DNA of 11,290 nucleotides from Gemmatimonadota bacterium (lineage in GTDB: Bacteria; Latescibacterota; UBA2968; UBA8231). Of this stretch, positions 6,442 to 11,290 are shown in pieces. The notes under the pieces are model-generated. The model was not told the DNA's origin, did not search any database, and saw nothing but the letters and a program-made list of their open reading frames with translations. The stretch lies in the NCBI GenBank assembly GCA_038128265.1, contig JAYPJE010000097.1:1-11290 (forward strand), read 5' to 3'. The stretch's first letter is position 1, and each line of letters opens with the position of its first letter. A program made the position numbers and the translations under genes.

Positions 6442-7412
6442 GCGTGGCCACCTCCGATTAGACGCAGTCCGAGGCCGGGCTCAGCCGGCAGCTGCAGATG
6501 CCCCTCGCTAAGGGTTAGCGGTTCAATGCCTTCGAGAGCAGGACCAACCGCCAGCAGCTCGGCGTTGCGCACGGCGCCCATGAGGTGAGCCGCCGCGTGC
6601 AGGTTCCCGTGCATTTCGCAGTTCATCTGCAGCGCCTCGGCCCCGCGCGCCAGCTTGAGTGCTTCGGTAATGCCGCCTCCGTCGGGCAGTACCATTCGAA
6701 CGCGGTCGACGACCCGCGTAGTCAGCGCCCGGGTGCCGGCCAAAATGGAATCGCCCATAAAGGCACCGGCCACCACCGGCAGCGACAGCGCGTCGGACAG
6801 CTTCTGCAGGGCCGTAACATCGCCGTCGCGCAGCGGCTCGGCAAACCAGTGCCCGTCGATCGCTTCCAGCGCGCGGCCGATGCGCAGCGCCCCTTCCAGG
6901 TCAAAGCGCTGACCGCCGTCGCACAGGATGCGAAATGCGTCCCCCGCTTCCCTTCGGATCGCACGCAGCAGGTCTGGGGTCGCCTCGGCGCACACGGCCT
7001 GCAAACCGTAACCGAAGGCGCCCGCGTTGCGCGCGGCCAGCGCCTCGCCCACTACGACATCGATATCGGTTGTCTGCGAACCGATGCGGTAGATGGGAAT
7101 CCGATCGCGAAAGCCGCCGATAGCGCGAAACAGCGGCAAACCCTGCGCCTTGGCAAACAGGTCCCACAGAGCGATATCGACGTGCCCCCAGGACGCCGGT
7201 GTGAGGCCGGCCTGACGACCGGCCTCTCGACAGGCGCGCCAGAGGCGGTCGCGCTCCCATACCGAACCGCCGGACAGCACGGGCTCGTAGGCATCGACGA
7301 TGGTCTGGGCCAGGGGCGCGGGCACGCCGGGCGCCCAGCCTTCGGTTCCGTCGTCCGCGCACAGGCGCAGCAGGCCGTCTTCCGCTGCGTAGATAATTCG
7401 AGTCAGTTGCAT
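6438..7412 (-). CDS. Enolase-superfamily (MR/MLE) protein with degenerate active site (probable pseudoenzyme), 324 aa
   Basis: 'VDIALWDLFAKAQGLPLFRAIGG.RDRIPIY', 'GGITEALKLA' and terminal 'PGLG' signatures. Start set at ATG 7412 (SD GAGAGGAAGAGAG). Only D165 of the metal triad is retained; A191 and A217 replace Glu. Confidence 0.88.
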   Translation of the reverse strand: MQLTRIIYAAEDGLLRLCADDGTEGWAPGVPAPLAQTIVDAYEPVLSGGSVWERDRLWRACREAGRQAGLTPASWGHVDIALWDLFAKAQGLPLFRAIGGFRDRIPIYRIGSQTTDIDVVVGEALAARNAGAFGYGLQAVCAEATPDLLRAIRREAGDAFRILCDGGQRFDLEGALRIGRALEAIDGHWFAEPLRDGDVTALQKLSDALSLPVVAGAFMGDSILAGTRALTTRVVDRVRMVLPDGGGITEALKLARGAEALQMNCEMHGNLHAAAHLMGAVRNAELLAVGPALEGIEPLTLSEGHLQLPAEPGLGLRLIGGGHA

Positions 7413-7426
7413 AGGCTCTCTTCCTC

Positions 7427-8320
7427 TCAACGCGCTGGTCTAGCGCGGTAGGCGTAGCGTTCGGCCAGGGCCATGGCCAATATGCCAACGATGATCAGAC
7501 CACCACCGCCGGCTATATGCCAGCCCAGCGGCTCGCCCAGCACCTGGTTGGCCAGCGTGATTTGTGCAATGGGCGTAGCCGTTGTAATGGAGCCGGCCAG
7601 CGTGGCGCTAAGCCGCTTCATACCCTCGGAAACCAGCGTGAACGACAGCCCGGTGCCCACCACGCCGAGGGCGACCAGTGCCAGCAGGTCTTGGGCGTCG
7701 GGTGCGGCGCGCAGCTGGAAAGACATCGTCGAAAGCACGCCGATGATCACGGCGCCGATCCCCATCATCGGCGCGAGAATCGCTCCGCTCGACGCGCGCG
7801 GTGCCAGCGCTTTGTTGGCCAGGGCGTAGATACCCCAGCCCAGGCCCGAAAAGAGCATCAGCGCATTGCCCCGCATGTAGTCGGGTGCCAGCAGCTCGCT
7901 TACGTCACCGCCCCACGCCACCACCGCAGCGATACCGGCTAGTACTAACCCCATGCCTGCGGCTTTGCCCCACCCAATGCGCTCGCCCAGCACAGCAACG
8001 GCCAATAGGGTCAGGGCGACGTATTGCACCTGTACGATCAGCACGCCAACGCTGGCCGTCGTATAACTCAACGAGAGCGCATAGAGCGCGTAGTTTAGAC
8101 CGATGCCCATGCCGCCCACTGCGTGCCAGCGCGACCAGGCGATCGAACGCGCGCTATCGCCGCGCGCATAGAGCAGGGCCAGGGCAAATCCCGCCCCCTG
8201 CGCCGAACGCAAAAACGCGATGGTGAACGGGTCGAATACAGCCAAGAGCTGTTTGATCAAAATGGGCACCATGCTCCACAGGGCGACGACGCCGACCATG
8301 CACGCTATGCCAATCCCCAC
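7427..8320 (-). CDS. EamA/DMT-family transporter, 297 aa
   Basis: Two EamA repeats with about 10 TM segments: 'PFTIAFLR', 'VLGERIG', 'GNALMLFSGLGWGIY', 'VLGEPLG'. GTG start with SD GGGGAGGG. Confidence 0.92.
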   Translation of the reverse strand: MGIGIACMVGVVALWSMVPILIKQLLAVFDPFTIAFLRSAQGAGFALALLYARGDSARSIAWSRWHAVGGMGIGLNYALYALSLSYTTASVGVLIVQVQYVALTLLAVAVLGERIGWGKAAGMGLVLAGIAAVVAWGGDVSELLAPDYMRGNALMLFSGLGWGIYALANKALAPRASSGAILAPMMGIGAVIIGVLSTMSFQLRAAPDAQDLLALVALGVVGTGLSFTLVSEGMKRLSATLAGSITTATPIAQITLANQVLGEPLGWHIAGGGGLIIVGILAMALAERYAYRARPAR

Positions 8321-8374
8321 GCTGTTCCCTCCCCGTCAGGTAGATGGGCACCCCGCAGGAACGCGCCCGCCGCT

Positions 8375-8425
8375 AAGCTATATAAATACACGTGGCGAAG
8401 AAAGGCACACGCGCATACAATTGGT
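8375..8425. promoter_or_regulatory. AT-rich divergent promoter region (candidate -10 elements)
   Basis: TATATAAATA (8379-8388) and TACAAT (+, 8416-8421) in the 146-nt gap between divergent genes. No convincing -35 element. Confidence 0.35.
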
Positions 8426-8466
8426 AGCATACCCCGCAGACAGCACGGCACTACACGGAGACCATC

Positions 8467-9012
8467 ATGCGACGCACGGCACCCCAACCCTTCAACCCAT
8501 TTTCTGCAACCTACTGCGGCGGCGCAGTACGGCGCTTCGTTCTCGGCGCGATGGCACTCGCCCTGCTTGGCTGCGGCGGAGACGATGCGACCGGGCCGAG
8601 CTACGACCATCTGCCCGAGCGCTATCGGACCTTAGCCGAAACGGTCGACGCGCAGAGAAAGCGCTGGGAGGCCAACGAATTTTCGAGCTATCAGTATACC
8701 TATCAGCGCACATGCTTTTGCGCGCCCGACTGGATTCGCCCGGTTGTTATCGACGTAGTCGACGACCGCATCGAGCGCATCGCCTACGCCGACGACGGCG
8801 CCCTCGTCGACTCGACGTTCTGGGCAAGCTACCACACGGTCGACGGGCTCTTTGCCCTTATCGACCAGGCCATGACCAGCGACGCGGCCCAAGTAACCGT
8901 GCAGTTTGACGACCCGCTCGGCTACCCGACCCAGCTGTATATAGACGAAGACGTGCGCATCGCCGATGAAGAGTTGAGCATCACCGCGTCGAATGTGCGC
9001 TCCCAACCCTAA
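8467..9012 (+). CDS. DUF6174-like lipoprotein, 181 aa
   Basis: SD GGAG at 8457-8460. Lipobox LLGC (Cys36) after a hydrophobic stretch. 'W......Y.YTYQRTCFC', 'TVDGLF.LI' and 'V.FD..LGYP..L.ID....IADEE' match the DUF6174 pattern as I recall it. Confidence 0.85.
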   Translation: MRRTAPQPFNPFSATYCGGAVRRFVLGAMALALLGCGGDDATGPSYDHLPERYRTLAETVDAQRKRWEANEFSSYQYTYQRTCFCAPDWIRPVVIDVVDDRIERIAYADDGALVDSTFWASYHTVDGLFALIDQAMTSDAAQVTVQFDDPLGYPTQLYIDEDVRIADEELSITASNVRSQP

Positions 9013-9050
9013 AGTCCGTCCCAACGCGGCCGTTATCATTTGAGAATGCC

Positions 9051-10772
9051 ATGAGCAGCGCCCCATACCGACTGAAACCCGAGCAAGGAGCCACCCTCGA
9101 CCTCGCCTTACCGGCCACGGAGACCCTGACGGTAGCCGCGCGCGTGCACGCACCCATCGCCCGCGCCGAGGCGCTGCAACCGCTCGTTTCGCAGTGGCGC
9201 CCGCGCCGCGACTTTGGCGACTTCAGCGCCTACGATGCCGGCTCCACCGACGGGCTGAATACCAAGGGCTACTTTGGCGCCGTCGGCGACGGGCGCTATA
9301 TCTACTTCTGCCCGGTGCGCGATCACCAGGACCGCCATTCGGTGCACGGGCGCGTGCTGCGCTACGATACCCAGGCGCCCTTTCACAGTGCCGCCGCATG
9401 GGCCGCCTACGACGCCGGCCACACCAACGGATTGCGCACCGTCGGCTTTTACGGCGGCGCCTTCGACGGGCGCTACGTCTACTTTAACCCACGCGACGAC
9501 GGCCGCGGTCATCACACGCGCCTGCTGCGCTACGATGCACACGGTGACTTTAAAGACCCCGCCAGCTGGTCGGCGCACGACGCGCAGTTTCCCCACTCCG
9601 GTCAGGGTCTAGCCTTTGACGGGCGCTATCTCTACTTCTGTCCCGGCTATACGACATCGCCCGATTTCGACCCAACCAATCCGTCCGCCTCGCTCGACAG
9701 CGAGCCCAGCGGCCAGATCCTGCGCTACGATACCCTGGCCCCGCTCGACGAGGCGGGCAGCTACCAGATCTTTGATGCCCGTGGGCTCTCGCCGCAGGCT
9801 ACCTGCTTTGACGGCGCGCTCTACGACGGCCGCCACATCTACTTTGCCCCGCTGACCAGCGGCCTCGTGCTGCGCTATACCGTCGGCGCCGACTTTGCCG
9901 ATCCGGCCAGCTGGCAGACGTTTGACGCCCGGCCGCTGGGCATGCACATGAACGTCGGCCTGGTCTTTGACGGGCGCCACGTCTATTTCTGCGCCTACGC
10001 CAATAGCCGCATGCTGCGCTACGACACCGAAGGACCGTTTGACGATCCGGCGAACTGGGACCGCTACGATGCCGCTGGAACACAGGGGCTAGACACGGGC
10101 GGCTTTGACGGCGGGTTTTTCGATGGGCGCTACGTCTACTACATGCCCTTCACCCGCAATCCACCGCCCGGCGAGAGCATCTTCCACTGCAACTGGCTGC
10201 GCTACGACACGGCCAAGGCCTTTGACGACCCATCGGCATGGGACGCCCACGACGCCAGCTTCACCGATGGGATGCACACCACGGCCTATAACGCCGGTGC
10301 CTTTGACGGGCGCTTTATCTATACGGCCCCCTGGCGCGGCGACAGGGACGGCGAGCACGCCCACGGCCGCGTACTGCGCTACGATACGCTTGGAGCCGAT
10401 GGGTCTTTCTCCCTGCGCTTTAGCGACTTCGGACACAACGGCGGCCTCAACGCCGCACTGCCCGGTCCGCGCTTTGTCGTCAACACCGATCGAGGACCGG
10501 TATCCGTTGCCGCCCACCGACCGCTCGACGCGGGCGACCACCACCTAGCCGGCGTCTACGATGGCCGCCACATCAGGCTCTATATAGACGGCACCCTCGC
10601 CGCAGAGCGGTCGGCCGGCGGCCGACCGATTCAGCAGACGAACGTGCCCGTAGACGTTGGGCACCTAGCCGGCGGCAGCGCGCGCTTCACCGGCTCGATA
10701 TCCGAGATCTACCTAGCGGCCGACGCCCACAGCAGCGAGTGGATTGCCGGCGAAAGCGCGCAGTCCGCATAG
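9051..10772 (+). CDS. Seven-repeat beta-propeller protein with LamG/ConA-like jelly-roll domain, 573 aa
   Basis: Seven copies of W..YDA...G..FDGRY.YF.P...LRYDT between aa 55 and 446. LamG_3-like motifs 'HHLAGVYDGRHIRLYIDG' and 'FTGSISEIYL' at the C-terminus, and 'LTVAARV...LVSQW' at the N-terminus. No signal peptide. Confidence 0.9.
   Translation: MSSAPYRLKPEQGATLDLALPATETLTVAARVHAPIARAEALQPLVSQWRPRRDFGDFSAYDAGSTDGLNTKGYFGAVGDGRYIYFCPVRDHQDRHSVHGRVLRYDTQAPFHSAAAWAAYDAGHTNGLRTVGFYGGAFDGRYVYFNPRDDGRGHHTRLLRYDAHGDFKDPASWSAHDAQFPHSGQGLAFDGRYLYFCPGYTTSPDFDPTNPSASLDSEPSGQILRYDTLAPLDEAGSYQIFDARGLSPQATCFDGALYDGRHIYFAPLTSGLVLRYTVGADFADPASWQTFDARPLGMHMNVGLVFDGRHVYFCAYANSRMLRYDTEGPFDDPANWDRYDAAGTQGLDTGGFDGGFFDGRYVYYMPFTRNPPPGESIFHCNWLRYDTAKAFDDPSAWDAHDASFTDGMHTTAYNAGAFDGRFIYTAPWRGDRDGEHAHGRVLRYDTLGADGSFSLRFSDFGHNGGLNAALPGPRFVVNTDRGPVSVAAHRPLDAGDHHLAGVYDGRHIRLYIDGTLAAERSAGGRPIQQTNVPVDVGHLAGGSARFTGSISEIYLAADAHSSEWIAGESAQSA
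9213..10388 (+). repeat. Seven degenerate intragenic repeats of about 48-69 aa (Kelch-like blades)
   Basis: Cores: GAVGDGRYIYFCP, GGAFDGRYVYFNP, GLAFDGRYLYFCP, GALYDGRHIYFAP, GLVFDGRHVYFCA, GGFFDGRYVYYMP, AGAFDGRFIYTAP, each followed by LRY(D/T). Also visible in the DNA as recurring gacgggcgc / ctgcgctacga. Confidence 0.93.
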
Positions 10773-10899
10773 GTCGAACACCCCTCTAGTCGCTCCAATT
10801 CCCGCCAACGCCCACTCCAGCCAGCCCACCCCGGCTGTAACCGCCCAAGATCCCCCGCCAGCCCTGAGCTGATTCCGCACATTTCGCCTCCTTATAGAC

Positions 10900-10952
10900 T
10901 GGCAAAAACGACCAAAACAGATACATTATATCTCGTAGGGATAAATTTCCCT
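10900..10952 (+). promoter_or_regulatory. Candidate promoter/operator upstream of DUF3050 gene
   Basis: AT-rich stretch with TACATT (10922-10927), followed by the near-palindrome AGGGA-TAAATT-TCCCT (10937-10952). Confidence 0.35.
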
Positions 10953-10980
10953 CTTACTCAACTCCTATCGAAAGTCGGTC

Positions 10981-11290
10981 ATGGCATCACCTTCCGCCCT
11001 GCAACAGCAGGTTGACGAACAGCTGTCCTCTCTGCGCGTAGCGCTGCGCACGCACGACGTCTACGGCGCACTCAGCACGCTGGACGACATACGCGCCTTT
11101 ATGGAACTACACGTCTTTGCCGTATGGGACTTTATGTCGCTGCTCAAGTCGCTGCAGTCGACGATCACCTGCGTCCGCGTGCCCTGGACGCCTGGCCCGC
11201 ACCCTGCGGCCGCACGACTCATCAATGAAATTGTGCACGGCGAAGAGAGCGATATCGACGCCTACGGCGCGCCCAAAAGCCACTTTGAAA
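10981..11290 (+). CDS. DUF3050-family protein (heme-oxygenase-like helical fold), 5' part only; runs off the right edge
   Basis: Not in the ORF track. Manual translation: [103 protein letters not shown]. '[18 protein letters not shown]...TC...PW.P' and 'INEIV..EESD...SHFE' are the DUF3050 signature. Confidence 0.92.
   Translation, partial: MASPSALQQQVDEQLSSLRVALRTHDVYGALSTLDDIRAFMELHVFAVWDFMSLLKSLQSTITCVRVPWTPGPHPAAARLINEIVHGEESDIDAYGAPKSHFE

Noticed and set aside
6438..7412. Calling the degenerate enolase a pseudogene
   Set aside because: The frame is uninterrupted, has a strong SD, keeps its structural motifs and is coupled to the next gene. Only catalytic positions are altered.
7413..7430. 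TTG start at 7430 for the upstream enolase-like gene
   Set aside because: These 18 nt contain the SD-like GAGAGGAAGAGAG for ATG 7412. The TTG start overlapping the DMT stop is not excluded but is less likely.
5227..7451. Long antisense ORFs (5227-6588, 453 aa; 6585-7451, 288 aa), and similarly 3254-4105 and 81-626
   Set aside because: They are shadow frames opposite well-supported genes in GC-rich DNA, with no recognisable motifs.
9213..10388. Recurring DNA words (ctgcgctacga, gacgggcgct) as a CRISPR array or DGR-type template/variable repeat
   Set aside because: They are short, in frame, vary at synonymous positions and are explained by protein repeats. No cas or reverse transcriptase gene is in the window.
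10548..10592. Apparent eighth repeat 'AGVYDGRHIRLYIDG'
   Set aside because: It resembles the FDGRH core but is the standard LamG motif H.a.vyDG..irlYiDG. It lacks the YF.P and LRYDT parts of the repeat.
1..11290. tRNA, rRNA, IS elements, integrases or defence genes
   Set aside because: No such motifs were recognised by eye. Intergenic gaps are short (at most about 210 nt) and composition looks uniform. A covariance-model (Rfam) search was not possible.

Overview
GC-rich bacterial window with 11 well-supported protein-coding genes (two truncated by the window edges and absent from the ORF track). I found no RNA genes, CRISPR arrays or mobile elements. From the left: a partial DUF3095-like (nucleotide-cyclase-like) gene and a NodB-type polysaccharide deacetylase (- strand), then a divergent exported membrane protein (+). 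Next is a tightly packed six-gene catabolic operon on the - strand: EamA/DMT transporter, two enolase-superfamily (mandelate racemase-like) genes, MFS transporter, PhyH-type Fe(II)/2-oxoglutarate dioxygenase and an Asp-box (sialidase-like) protein. On the + strand follow a DUF6174-like lipoprotein, a 573-aa seven-repeat protein and a partial DUF3050 gene. Two signals stand out. (1) The translationally coupled enolase pair: one copy keeps the D/E/E metal triad and has an enlarged lid region, while the other has lost two of three metal ligands, the catalytic lysine and the lid loop, suggesting an enzyme plus pseudoenzyme pair. (2) A seven-bladed 'FDGRY-LRYDT' beta-propeller that appears to be inserted inside a split LamG/ConA-like jelly-roll domain. 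All family calls come from motif recognition by eye, not from database searches.
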